A stretch of 64,000 bases of DNA from Candidatus Heimdallarchaeota archaeon (lineage in GTDB: Archaea; Asgardarchaeota; Heimdallarchaeia; Hodarchaeales; Hodarchaeaceae), in contig RDOB01000003.1 of assembly GCA_011364965.1 (NCBI GenBank), positions 128,001 to 192,000 on the forward strand. The letters run 5' to 3'. Made by a program: the position numbers and the translations under genes. Below are positions 28,949 through 39,121 of the stretch, one piece after another. The stretch's first letter is position 1; every line of letters begins with the position of its first letter. The notes under the pieces were generated by a model. That model was not told the DNA's origin. It worked only from the letters and a program-made list of their open reading frames with translations, and searched no databases.

Positions 28949-31333
28949 ATGGCCGAAGAGCCTGTTTTAAGAGATCTTAGAAACCTTAAATCGACTGAGT
29001 TTCAAATTAAATGGAATGCAATCCACAATATCAGTAAATATCTTCAATCTGACCTGAAGCCTGATGATGTCCGCTATAGAATGATTATTAAATCTTTTCT
29101 TCCAATGACGAAAGATCCAGATGAAAAAATACGAGAGATTGTCCTATCAACGCTTCTTAAAGTATTAGAAGATAAAAAACAAACTGAAGCTCTAGTAGCT
29201 CAAAGTCTAGCTGATTCAAACCCTGGAATTCGATCTTTAGCTTTAGAATGGCTTCGAAGTCAAAATCACCCTAGCGTAACAAAATACACAATAGTCGCGT
29301 TATCTGACCCATCTGAGGTCGTACGCAAAACAGCAATTGAAACTGTGATTAAAAATCAATTTGAAGGAATAGAAACTCAACTTCTAAACATGCTCGGAAC
29401 CGAATCGGGAGGATTAAGAAGACAAGTAATTTATGCGTTGGGAAAATTAAAAACGAGTCAAGCAATTGGGGCTTTGATAGATATTATGCAAAATCCCGAG
29501 TATGATGATTGGACTCGAAACCAAGCGAGTTCAGCTCTCGATCATATGGAAGGAGAAGGGATTATTGAGCCCTTTCTTAATAATTTAATAGATCCGAATC
29601 CCTATGTACGAGAAACAGCTGCAGCTTACCTTAACAAGCACAAAGACGATATATTACCTTTCATATTGAAAACGAGTCGTCTAGATTTGATAGGCTTATT
29701 ACAATATGGAACAGATAATACAAAACAGGACTTCAGTTCTATAATATCAAGCTTGAAAAAACAAATGGAATTTGCATTTAAAGATCTGGAATCCCGCATT
29801 ATAGCCAAAGAGCAAATTAAATTTGCAAAATTAGCGGATGAGTTTCAATTCTCCGAAATTGCGCTGAAAACATTGATTGAAAAGGTATTAAATCTCCAAC
29901 TAATTGAACTTCCCAATAATGCTTATTTAACAGAAACTGGTCTTCTTAATCTATTAACAGAGGAATTTAATACCCATTTATCGCTATTTCTTCCTGAAAT
30001 AATTAAAAAGAAACCTTTCAAAGAGGTTCCCTTAGTCAATTTAGAGGAAATCATAATAAAGATACCCAATCTTGTAAAATTAACCGAGAAATTCTTTATT
30101 CATCAAAATTTTTATACAGAACTTCAAGAAGCTTTCTCTAAAACAGGAATGTTAAATATTCAAAATATAATTGAAAAATTATCTGTAAAGAAAGAAATTA
30201 TTGAAACGGAACTAATTCCAAATCTATATTCCGAAGAAGAAAGCTGGATTAATTCTAAAAATGAATTTATTACTCCAGAGTATTTAGATAAGAAGATTAA
30301 GGCAATCTTGGACGATAAAGGGATCCTTTCACTAAAGCGTTTGCTACATGATCTATCGAATCCGAAAATTTCAGAACAATACATGATTGATAGGATTAAT
30401 TCTCGTTATTCAGGAACTTGGTTAAAAGATCTGAAAGTGTTCATCAGTGAAAAACAATTCTTATATATAAAAAAGAATTCCTCAAGGCTTGATGAAGCAC
30501 TAGTTTCTCCATTAATTAAAACCATTGATATAAAATTTCCAGAATTCTTATCCAACTTGCAAAAAGTACTTGATGTTCATACGTACCAAACACGATCAGG
30601 AACTATAATCACAATGGAAAGTTTGCATCCCTCTTTACAACAAGAAATTTTGGGCAAAGGATACATAAACATTGATGATTTTATTAAACTCAATGACCTG
30701 CAAACACAAAAAGAATCGATTAAACCATCAATAATGGATTTTATTAATCAAGAATTCTCAGGACGAATAGATCCCTTAGGAAAATATTTCTTTACTGAAG
30801 ACCTTATTATGAAAGTAAAGAATGAAATAGAAGCACAATCTCGTTTAAATTTCAATATACTTGCTTACAGAATGGAATTATCCAAAGATATCCTTCTAAT
30901 ACTAATACAACAAATCTTATTCGTCAGAGGATTTAGAAACAAAATAGGGGAGTATATTACAGATAAAGGAATTCAAAATGAACTTAATAGCATTTTGGAG
31001 AGTACTCAAGAATTTAAATTATCCGAATTCTATGATATATTAGAAATTACAGAGGACAGGGAAAAAGAGGATCTAGTAAGAGAAATTCTCTCTGAAGACA
31101 CAAGATTATTCATTACGAAAGATCAACTCATGTTTATAACTAAGAAAAGGGCTATTAATAACCTCTTTCGCTATTTGAAGGACCCTATGCAACAAACTCG
31201 CGACATGATCCCTTGGAATGAACTTTCAAAAGCAATGAGACTAACAGAGGAAGAATTGAAAGCAATGCTCAATTCTCTAGTCCAGAATCAATTCCTGCCT
31301 GGAACCATCATTAAAAATGGTTATAAACCTTAA
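28949..31333 (+). CDS. HEAT-repeat protein with tandem UFL1-like winged helices and a PCI-like C-terminus
   Basis: HEAT repeats (L.D.....R..A..AL) over about 230 aa; then about 7 repeats of (Y/F)(I/F)T...L...I.......G.(I/L).(L/I)..L. Confidence 0.7.
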   Translation: MAEEPVLRDLRNLKSTEFQIKWNAIHNISKYLQSDLKPDDVRYRMIIKSFLPMTKDPDEKIREIVLSTLLKVLEDKKQTEALVAQSLADSNPGIRSLALEWLRSQNHPSVTKYTIVALSDPSEVVRKTAIETVIKNQFEGIETQLLNMLGTESGGLRRQVIYALGKLKTSQAIGALIDIMQNPEYDDWTRNQASSALDHMEGEGIIEPFLNNLIDPNPYVRETAAAYLNKHKDDILPFILKTSRLDLIGLLQYGTDNTKQDFSSIISSLKKQMEFAFKDLESRIIAKEQIKFAKLADEFQFSEIALKTLIEKVLNLQLIELPNNAYLTETGLLNLLTEEFNTHLSLFLPEIIKKKPFKEVPLVNLEEIIIKIPNLVKLTEKFFIHQNFYTELQEAFSKTGMLNIQNIIEKLSVKKEIIETELIPNLYSEEESWINSKNEFITPEYLDKKIKAILDDKGILSLKRLLHDLSNPKISEQYMIDRINSRYSGTWLKDLKVFISEKQFLYIKKNSSRLDEALVSPLIKTIDIKFPEFLSNLQKVLDVHTYQTRSGTIITMESLHPSLQQEILGKGYINIDDFIKLNDLQTQKESIKPSIMDFINQEFSGRIDPLGKYFFTEDLIMKVKNEIEAQSRLNFNILAYRMELSKDILLILIQQILFVRGFRNKIGEYITDKGIQNELNSILESTQEFKLSEFYDILEITEDREKEDLVREILSEDTRLFITKDQLMFITKKRAINNLFRYLKDPMQQTRDMIPWNELSKAMRLTEEELKAMLNSLVQNQFLPGTIIKNGYKP

Positions 31334-31360
31334 TTAATTGGTTTTGGAGAATTATACTCA

Positions 31361-32068
31361 ATGGAAAAACTTTTACATATTATAGTTGATCATAGAGAAC
31401 CTAAGGGTTTGAAAAATCGATTAAGAAAATTAGGTATGAGTATTGAAGAAAAACAGCTAGAAATTGCTGATTTCATTATCTCAGATCAAGTTGCATGTGA
31501 AAGGAAGACAGGAATCGATTTGATTGCCTCAATAATGGACAATCGATTATTTGAACAGATAGATCGATTAATTGAGACATATGATCAACCGATATTGATA
31601 CTTGAGGATTTTCCTTCGGCATTCGATCGAGTGGAATGGAAAAAACGTAAAAAACACGTATATGGAGCCCTCACGTATATTTTTTTGAGACGTCAAGTTC
31701 CAGTAGTTCCAACATCCAAGATCGCTGAAACAGCTATAGTTCTGAATCGAATAGCTTCATGGGTTCAAGAAGAACACGAGGATCCAGTGATTGCCAGAAA
31801 ATCTCCCAGAAAAAAATCATTACACGATAATCAGTTATATTTTCTTCAAGGGTTGCATAAGACAGGTAAAAAGAAAGCAGACATTTTACTCAATCAATTT
31901 AAAACACCCGAGGGAGTAATTAGTGCAATACTCGATTCAGAGATTATTTACACTCGAACTGGAAATCCAAAAGGAGTAAAAGGAAGATTTGGTGATTTAA
32001 AAGGATTTGGACACAAATATATACTTGAAAATAGGAAGCTGCTTTCTGAACGTGAAAATAAATCTTGA
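31361..32068 (+). CDS. xpf: ERCC4-domain (XPF/Mus81-type) structure-specific endonuclease
   Basis: IIVDHRE, ADFI, ERKT..DL..SI.D.RL..Q, HhH-like C-terminus. Confidence 0.85.
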   Translation: MEKLLHIIVDHREPKGLKNRLRKLGMSIEEKQLEIADFIISDQVACERKTGIDLIASIMDNRLFEQIDRLIETYDQPILILEDFPSAFDRVEWKKRKKHVYGALTYIFLRRQVPVVPTSKIAETAIVLNRIASWVQEEHEDPVIARKSPRKKSLHDNQLYFLQGLHKTGKKKADILLNQFKTPEGVISAILDSEIIYTRTGNPKGVKGRFGDLKGFGHKYILENRKLLSERENKS

Positions 32069-32084
32069 TTTTCGGTGAAATTTG

Positions 32085-32348
32085 TTAATACCATTTCTTC
32101 TCTTCAACAATTTCCTCATTAGAATAATCACTTAAGAGCTCAAATTCAATTAAATCACTTAATATACACGATTCAAACTGAAATTTACGACAAAAGGATA
32201 TCCAAGGACAATCAGACTCGCAATAGGGGTGGGGAAGTGATTTAAAGTACTCTGATGATTTACGCAATTTGGAAATCAGAATTTCACGGATTGAAGATCC
32301 TTGGTAATCCAAATCCATGTGTAAAATAATTAAATCGGATCTTCTCAC
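32085..32348 (-). CDS. Small hypothetical protein with four Cys
   Basis: AGGTGA SD + GTG; C-x3-C-x5-C-x7-C. Confidence 0.5.
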   Translation of the reverse strand: MRRSDLIILHMDLDYQGSSIREILISKLRKSSEYFKSLPHPYCESDCPWISFCRKFQFESCILSDLIEFELLSDYSNEEIVEEKKWY

Positions 32349-32485
32349 CTGAATCTCACCTTGATTACATTTTATGGAAAAAGCTCTTTATAAAGACTTC
32401 TATGGCTTTTAAATACCTTTCAGGAGAGGGAGATAACCGAAAATGACGAAAATGAGAATCTGAAGACAAAATAATAGATATCATA

Positions 32486-33283
32486 CTATTCATAGCTATA
32501 GCTAAGATCTGGAAATGTAGTATCACGAACTTCGCTGTTATACTGTTGAACCGCTTTCAATATTTGTTCTTTCAAATTTAAATATCTTTTAACAAATTTT
32601 GCTTTGAAATCAAAGTACCCCAGCATATCATAAGTTACAAGAACTTGCCCATCACAATAAGGACCCGCGCCAATTCCGATTGTCGGAATCTGAATTGATT
32701 CTGTTATTTTCTTAGCAACTTTCCATGGAATACCTTCAAGTACTAAAGAAAAAATACCCGCAGATTCTAGCTCCACAGCTTCCTTAAGTAAATATTGAGC
32801 TGTCTCTTCTGTTCGAGCTTGTACTTTGAATCCTCCAAATCGATAATAAGATTGGGGAGTTAGACCAAGATGACCCATTACGGGGATTCCTGCATCAAGA
32901 ATACCATGTATTGCAGCGACACGCTCACTTCCTCCTTCTAATTTAATAGCTTCGGCATTCCCTTCTTGGACAAGTCTAATGGCATTTCTAATTGCTTCTT
33001 CAACAGATATTTGGAATGTACCGAACGGCATATCTCCAATAACCATTGCTCTTTTGACACCTCTAGCAACTGCTTGTGTATGGCGAATAGAGTCTTCTAA
33101 AGTCACTTTCAACGTAGTAGCATGACCATGGACTACCATTCCCATAGTATCCCCCACAAGCAAAAGATCCGTACCTGCCTCATCTAAGATAGAGGCCATC
33201 ACAAAATCGTATGCTGTAAGCATAGTAATTTTATCTTGTCTTTTTTTCATTTCAATAATTTCAGGCGCTGTAACTTTCTTCAA
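32486..33283 (-). CDS. panB: 3-methyl-2-oxobutanoate hydroxymethyltransferase
   Basis: MLTAYD, LLVGDT.GM, GDMPF, KLEGG, GHLGLTPQ, IGIGAG..CDGQVLV. Confidence 0.97.
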   Translation of the reverse strand: MKKVTAPEIIEMKKRQDKITMLTAYDFVMASILDEAGTDLLLVGDTMGMVVHGHATTLKVTLEDSIRHTQAVARGVKRAMVIGDMPFGTFQISVEEAIRNAIRLVQEGNAEAIKLEGGSERVAAIHGILDAGIPVMGHLGLTPQSYYRFGGFKVQARTEETAQYLLKEAVELESAGIFSLVLEGIPWKVAKKITESIQIPTIGIGAGPYCDGQVLVTYDMLGYFDFKAKFVKRYLNLKEQILKAVQQYNSEVRDTTFPDLSYSYE

Positions 33284-33292
33284 ATGATCACC

Positions 33293-34078
33293 TCAAATTT
33301 CTAATGCACTCTCTTCGGAAGCTAGTTTTTTCAAACGAAAAACTATAAATTCTAGAGCTTCTCGTAAAAGCTTTTTATTTTCTAATGTCCCTCTAAGCAT
33401 TTTTATTTGATCAGGAGAGGAGTTTTTCAGTTCCTTAGCTATCTCAATCATTTCAGTAATTGATCGCGTAATATTGTTGGTAATTGAAACGGTAGCAGTG
33501 AGAGATGTCCTAGAGAGAGGATTAAGATCAACAGTTACGATATTTTTCCCCAGATTCCTTAAAGCCATGGATCGATCCCCGTCCTCTAAGGGAACAAAAA
33601 CACAATCGGATTGAGCAATTCCTCTTGAATCAACAATTCGACGTAAATGAGATAGTTCTGGTATTGTTTCTTGCATATCAGGATCTATTCCTAATACCTG
33701 ATCCGCACCTGCGTCGTCAAGAACCTTTTTGATTGCTAATTCCCTTTCTTTTGTTCTATAAAAGAGATTAATCTCGAGAGGCGCCCCTAGCTCTTTACTC
33801 AACGCAACCAGTTCTTTGGGACATAATACAGCAACATTCCCATTTACAGATATTACTGGTTTTTTCGCTTCAAGTAATAATATTACTGCAAGAGTTTCTT
33901 GACGAATAGCAAAATTAGGAGTTCTCTCTCCCAGTAAATAATCAAAAGCTTCTCCACGTCCATGAGCAATTAATCCTGCTTCAGCAACAATATTTTTATG
34001 CATTCCTTCAATTATAACCTCTCTCGTTCTCAGGGATTCATATCTTGGATGATCCTTTGGAATTTCATGTAGAGTAAT
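33293..34078 (-). CDS. Phosphopantothenate synthetase (archaeal PPS); probable ATT start at 34078
   Basis: IPKDHPRYESL..RE, GLIAHGRGEAFDYLLGE, PVISVNGN, PLEDGDR, DLNPLSRT. Confidence 0.92.
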   Translation of the reverse strand: MTLHEIPKDHPRYESLRTREVIIEGMHKNIVAEAGLIAHGRGEAFDYLLGERTPNFAIRQETLAVILLLEAKKPVISVNGNVAVLCPKELVALSKELGAPLEINLFYRTKERELAIKKVLDDAGADQVLGIDPDMQETIPELSHLRRIVDSRGIAQSDCVFVPLEDGDRSMALRNLGKNIVTVDLNPLSRTSLTATVSITNNITRSITEMIEIAKELKNSSPDQIKMLRGTLENKKLLREALEFIVFRLKKLASEESALEI

Positions 34079-34980
34079 TAGTTACACCTCTTGATTGTAT
34101 TTTCACATATTGTTTCGTAATTAATAGGAATTTTCTTTTTTAGAATAATTATATCTTTTAGATTCCGATAAAATATGAAGAATGCTTCTCCAAGCATAAT
34201 TTGTCCTCCAAAAACATTTGCAGGAAGCACAGTTAATTGCTGCTTTAACCTTGGGGAAGCCAAGTTTGCTTCTTTAGTAAATTTAGCGCACAAGAAAATG
34301 AAATTTTCAAATGTTGGCTTTTTTTGCAATTCTGAAATGAGTTCAGTACCCGATTTGTTAATAGCAGCCCTTTTAGCAGAGTTTGTAAGAACTAAAGAGG
34401 TTTTTAAAGGTCCTAAATGTACAGTACCGATATTCCATTCGTTATACCCATTTAAAGATACAGTTTTCCCTATTCCAGGGGCACCCTCTTGAATTCGGAG
34501 CTCTGCACCTCCTTGGTACAGTCCAATAATATCTCCAAGTCCACCCCGTGCTAAAACTTCTGCTGTATGTGCAATTTGAAATAATTTCATATCTGGATAC
34601 CCAAGATCTAGAAATTCATTCACTGCAAACGCTGTGCCGAGTGCACCAGCCGCAGAGGCGCCATACCCCGAGGATAAAGGAATTTCAAATTCATGAGAAA
34701 TTTGGAAATTTTTTAGTTCAACATCTGTTCCTAGTAAATCTAATACTTTAGAGGTGACCAAAGCTTCTTTTCGAGAAATTTCTTGGTGATCATAATAAAT
34801 TTCGATTCTCTCTCGTTTGCTTGGTTGAATTGTTGTTATTACGCCACGATTTATTGATAAACCAGCTCCCCGTGAACCCTTGAAAAGTGGATCAGGATGC
34901 ATATCTCTGATTTCAAAAATTCCTGTTAAATGACCTGCAACCCAATAAGAGACCTTTTTAGACACAAAAAATTCCTTCAC
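34078..34980 (-). CDS. Pantoate kinase (GHMP family, PoK)
   Basis: GHLTGIF, GSRGAG, PLSSGYGASAA, AHTAEV...GLGDI. Confidence 0.92.
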   Translation of the reverse strand: MKEFFVSKKVSYWVAGHLTGIFEIRDMHPDPLFKGSRGAGLSINRGVITTIQPSKRERIEIYYDHQEISRKEALVTSKVLDLLGTDVELKNFQISHEFEIPLSSGYGASAAGALGTAFAVNEFLDLGYPDMKLFQIAHTAEVLARGGLGDIIGLYQGGAELRIQEGAPGIGKTVSLNGYNEWNIGTVHLGPLKTSLVLTNSAKRAAINKSGTELISELQKKPTFENFIFLCAKFTKEANLASPRLKQQLTVLPANVFGGQIMLGEAFFIFYRNLKDIIILKKKIPINYETICENTIKRCN

Positions 34981-35897
34981 TTCAGTGGATATCTTTCAAG
35001 ATGTCGGACTAGATCTGCGATTGCAGAGTTCACAGGAGCTTTCAATCCAAGTCTTTGACTTTCATCAGCAATATATCCATTTAAATAGTCAATCTCGGTT
35101 CTACGACCTCTTTCGATATCTTGAAGCATACTGCACTTGTTATCCTTGGTTTTTTCAATAACCTGTAATATGAAATCTTTAGTTGTTGAAAGATCTTCAT
35201 CTGGGAGGTGATATTTTGCTACAGCAAGGCCTTCTTGAAGAATTGCATCAAAGATCTTTCCTATTGAGCTTTTTTCTAGAATTCTACCATTAGGTACATG
35301 CAATAAAGCACCCAAAGGACATATAGTAGCATTTGTAAGTAATTTATGCCAAATTTTTACTTCCATCGATTGCGTTCTTTTCGTGTCAAAACCAGATTTG
35401 CGCAACATACTCTGTATAAGCGATCCAAAACCATTCTCCTTACCTGCAATTATTCCAAACGTTGTTTTACCAAAAGCCACATGTTTAACGATTCCAGGAT
35501 GGATTAATTCTGCAGCCTCAGTTGTTATTGCACGAAAGATAGAATTCTCGGGTAAACTCTGTTTGAATGCGTTTTCGTTCCCAATTCCATTTTGTATAAT
35601 AAATATCGGAACTTCAGGAGAAATCTGACCCTTTAGTGTTTTTGCAACATTTTTATTATCATAAGCTTTAGTTGTGACTAAAACTGCCTCGGGAGAAATG
35701 ACCTCAGGTTGAAAATCAGCTTTTGCAGGAAAATGTGATATAAATTCGTTTCCATTTTCAATGATACGTAATCCAAATTTATTAATTTCATCTATATGAG
35801 GAGTACGTCCAATTACAGATATATTATGACCTGTATAAGCCATCCGACCAGCAAATAATGATCCAATACTTCCAGCACCGTATATTGCAATACTCAT
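34977..35897 (-). CDS. panE: 2-dehydropantoate 2-reductase
   Basis: GAGSIG, QNGIG, W.KL..N, SMLQD...GRRTEIDYLNG. Confidence 0.95.
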   Translation of the reverse strand: MSIAIYGAGSIGSLFAGRMAYTGHNISVIGRTPHIDEINKFGLRIIENGNEFISHFPAKADFQPEVISPEAVLVTTKAYDNKNVAKTLKGQISPEVPIFIIQNGIGNENAFKQSLPENSIFRAITTEAAELIHPGIVKHVAFGKTTFGIIAGKENGFGSLIQSMLRKSGFDTKRTQSMEVKIWHKLLTNATICPLGALLHVPNGRILEKSSIGKIFDAILQEGLAVAKYHLPDEDLSTTKDFILQVIEKTKDNKCSMLQDIERGRRTEIDYLNGYIADESQRLGLKAPVNSAIADLVRHLERYPLK

Positions 35898-37144
35898 ATC
35901 ATTTTCCTCCTTGAGAAGTCAGTTATGATTATTTCTGCAATTTTGATCCCAATCTGAGTTTTTGAATCACTAATAACTATTGGAGTAGAATTAGGTAGAA
36001 GTATGATAATATCATTTCTCTGGGCTTCAAATCCCTTCCCAAGTTCACCAACCCAATTAGCACATACCATTTGAACCTTATTCTTCTCCATAAAGGCTTT
36101 CGCCCTATTAATTAACTCATCTTCGGAAACTCCTACTTCTGCTTTGTAAGCAACAATATAGAGATCGTGATACCTTTCACGTATGGTTTTTATCATCTTT
36201 TTGGTAGGAGTAAGCTCGAGAACCAAATTTTCTTGTTGAGATTTAATCTTACCAGGTTTGTAAATCGGTTTATAATCAGAGACCGCTGCTACAGAAATTA
36301 AGGCATCATACGAAGTTGATGATAGTTCTTTTTCAACAGCTTCTAGCATATCACTAGTTGATTGGACTACTTGATAAGAAAAGCCTAATGTAGATAAATT
36401 CAAGGAATGGTTTGCCCCTATAATTAATTTAAGCTCTGCTCCAAATTTAATAAGGGCATTAGCAAGAGAATTCGCAGATAAACCTGAAGAGGGGTTGGAA
36501 ATAAACCGAACATCATCCAAAAATTCACGTGTCGCTCCACCAGTTAGAAGGAATTTCTTCCCTTTCAATGGTTTTACGTCATCAATAAGGTTGAAAATCT
36601 GATCCATCAGAACAGAGATTGGGGGAAATTTGTATTTATTTTCAATCTCAGATCGCTTTTGGAAGTGAATACCTAAATTCTGCAATTTTTGGATATTCTG
36701 TTCCATGATGGGATTATCCAATAACACAGTATGGGCAGCAGGCACAATTAACATAGGAATTCCAGCTCCGTAGGCAGCTAAGGCTGCTAATGTAACAGGC
36801 CCATCTGCAATTCCGTGAGCTAGCTTAGCTATCGTATTAGCTGATGCAGGGCATATTAAAAATAGATCAATTTTATAATCAGGATGAAAAGTCCATTTTA
36901 CATGTTCAGATAATCCAGTAATTTCAGTATACGGAGTTTTATCCATACACCAAGTTAAAGAATCGATAGCAACAAATCGAGTTGCTTCTTGAGATAACAC
37001 AACAATAGGTTCACCCGAATACCGGATAATTTCTCGTATTAAATGTGGAACTTCTATTGCAGCAATGGATCCAGTTACACCAATCAAGATTCTTTTTCCT
37101 TCTAATTGGAGACCTTTGGAACCATAAATTTCGGATGTAACCAT
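35894..37144 (-). CDS. coaBC: Bifunctional phosphopantothenoylcysteine decarboxylase/synthetase
   Basis: GVTGSIAA, PASANTIAK.AHGIAD, TGGATRE.LD.VRFISN.SSG, AAVSDY. Confidence 0.95.
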   Translation of the reverse strand: MVTSEIYGSKGLQLEGKRILIGVTGSIAAIEVPHLIREIIRYSGEPIVVLSQEATRFVAIDSLTWCMDKTPYTEITGLSEHVKWTFHPDYKIDLFLICPASANTIAKLAHGIADGPVTLAALAAYGAGIPMLIVPAAHTVLLDNPIMEQNIQKLQNLGIHFQKRSEIENKYKFPPISVLMDQIFNLIDDVKPLKGKKFLLTGGATREFLDDVRFISNPSSGLSANSLANALIKFGAELKLIIGANHSLNLSTLGFSYQVVQSTSDMLEAVEKELSSTSYDALISVAAVSDYKPIYKPGKIKSQQENLVLELTPTKKMIKTIRERYHDLYIVAYKAEVGVSEDELINRAKAFMEKNKVQMVCANWVGELGKGFEAQRNDIIILLPNSTPIVISDSKTQIGIKIAEIIITDFSRRKMI

Positions 37145-37371
37145 TATGATCGATCCCGATTTAGGGAATCCATAGATTCCTTTTAAGAATCAGGGTTTAA
37201 CTCCATTCCTTTGTATAAGTTGAATATACAGTATTGTTTTGATAATACAAAGATGTAAAAAAACCTCAAAACACTTAAGCTTAGATATTTGTTTTCTCTA
37301 AATAGACAATTGAGCATAAATTCCTTGTTGTTTCATTCTATGCCAGAAAAATTGAATCTTGGTGGTCGTGA

Positions 37372-38250
37372 ATGTCGTTAACTCAAATTTTTGGAGATCT
37401 GATTCTCAATAATCCTATAGAAGGTATTTTCTTCACAATTTTTGCATTTTTTGTGGGTATTTTGTCTTCAGTTTTGGGAGTTGGAGGTGGATTCATTACT
37501 ACTCCCTCCTTAATACTTATGGGAGTTCAAGAAGCCTATGCAGTTGGTACAGTCCTTGTAATGATTATTTTTACTGCTTTATCCTCGTCTATAGCATATT
37601 ATCGTAGTTCAAAATTGACTGAATATAGAACAGGACTTCTTGTAGCGATTACTACAGTAATTGGAGCCATAGCTGGTAGTACATTGAGCTCAATAATGGC
37701 AACTCAGAACCCAGCTCTCTTTAGAGTGGTTTTTGCTGTCTGTCTTATTCCCATTGCGATTAAGATGATTATTTTTCCTAAACAACGAAAAAAAGGGGGA
37801 GCTAGCATTGATGAAATAGAGCATGATGAAGTAATTTGGCTTGGTTTTGAGAAAAGAGAATTATATTGCACCATATTAGGATTAATTGGTGGATTCTCAT
37901 CTGGATTACTCGGTATTGGAGGAGGGGTCTTAATGGTTCCAATATTGGTTCATGTGGGCAAATTAAGTATGCATAAAGCTGTTGCAACATCAATGTTCAT
38001 AATGATCTTTACAAGTATTGCAGGAGCTGTTGTAAAACTTGGAATGGGTCAAGTTCATCCAGATCTAGCCTTTTTTCTAATTATAGGAATAATTATAGGA
38101 GCCCAAATTGGGCCTTATATAATCAAACGTATTCAAACCACGCGGCTGCAGCAAATTTTCGGATGCATGATGATTATTGCATTAATTTCTATTGCAATCG
38201 GAAGAGATCAAATCGTAAGGATTATTCAAGAAATTTTCTTATTAGTCTAA
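37372..38250 (+). CDS. TSUP (TauE/SafE) sulfite exporter family
   Basis: Duplicated G..S..LG(V/I)GGG....P motif. Confidence 0.9.
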   Translation: MSLTQIFGDLILNNPIEGIFFTIFAFFVGILSSVLGVGGGFITTPSLILMGVQEAYAVGTVLVMIIFTALSSSIAYYRSSKLTEYRTGLLVAITTVIGAIAGSTLSSIMATQNPALFRVVFAVCLIPIAIKMIIFPKQRKKGGASIDEIEHDEVIWLGFEKRELYCTILGLIGGFSSGLLGIGGGVLMVPILVHVGKLSMHKAVATSMFIMIFTSIAGAVVKLGMGQVHPDLAFFLIIGIIIGAQIGPYIIKRIQTTRLQQIFGCMMIIALISIAIGRDQIVRIIQEIFLLV

Positions 38251-38404
38251 TCTGATAAATGCATCAAACAAAAAAGTAAAAGCACTAGGTTATAAACCCC
38301 TCAAGTTATATATTGAATAGAATATCATATAATAATATGATACAAATGTTCAATTATGAATATAATATTTCTGAACCAGAACGATTTTAAGAGAGGGTAT
38401 ATTA

Positions 38405-38791
38405 TTGAAAAAACATAGGATTTTAGTTGTTGACGATGAGGAGGATACAGTTGAACTAGCACGTATGGTTCTGGAATACGAAAATTATGAAGTTATTTCT
38501 GCTAGCAATGGAGAGGATGCATTAGAACTCCTCAAAGAAAACAGAAATAGACCGAATTTAATTTTATTAGATGTTCTCATGCCAAAAATTAGTGGACTAG
38601 AAGTTTGTAGATGGATAAAAGAGAACAATGAATTAAAAAATATACCAGTTCTACTATTTACTGCAAAGGTAGGTAAAAAAGATAGGCAAGCAGGTGAAGA
38701 AGCAGGGGCAAACGCATATATCAATAAACCATTTAGCGCAGAGGACTTACTAAATCTAATTAAAAAGCATCTAGATAAAGAAGAAAATTAA
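38405..38791 (+). CDS. Stand-alone response regulator receiver (CheY-like)
   Basis: ILVVDDE, LLDVLMP, FTA, KPF. Confidence 0.95.
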   Translation: MKKHRILVVDDEEDTVELARMVLEYENYEVISASNGEDALELLKENRNRPNLILLDVLMPKISGLEVCRWIKENNELKNIPVLLFTAKVGKKDRQAGEEAGANAYINKPFSAEDLLNLIKKHLDKEEN

Positions 38792-38797
38792 CTCAAT

Positions 38798-39121
38798 TCA
38801 AAACCTTAAATTTTCAATAAAAACTCTCATTGATGGAAATCGCTCCCCTAAAGTCACCAAAAAATTCCTTGTGCAATTAACCAAACGAAACGTTAAATTA
38901 ATTCTCCTATCAATATAATCAATTGAGGAATGAATATCAATTCCATAGTTTCGTTGTTCTAGGAATCGGAAAGTGAAATGCCAGCGTTTTAATGACTGAA
39001 GATAGAATTGAAACTGCTCTTCATTCACTACAACTAATAAGTTAGAAGGAGAATTCTGTACAATTGAAATATACCTCTTTCCAGGTTTAATCAAGGAAAT
39101 AAAATTGTCAAGACTAGTCAT
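38798..39121 (-). CDS. Hypothetical protein, faint resemblance to the NuoC/30-kDa subunit fold
   Basis: Abuts the FAH gene; LTFRL...TLGERFPS. Confidence 0.45.
   Translation of the reverse strand: MTSLDNFISLIKPGKRYISIVQNSPSNLLVVVNEEQFQFYLQSLKRWHFTFRFLEQRNYGIDIHSSIDYIDRRINLTFRLVNCTRNFLVTLGERFPSMRVFIENLRF

Noticed and set aside
37164-37252. Hairpins and inverted repeats upstream of coaBC as a possible riboswitch
   Set aside because: Stems are short (6-8 bp) and AT-rich, compatible with chance; no known aptamer features
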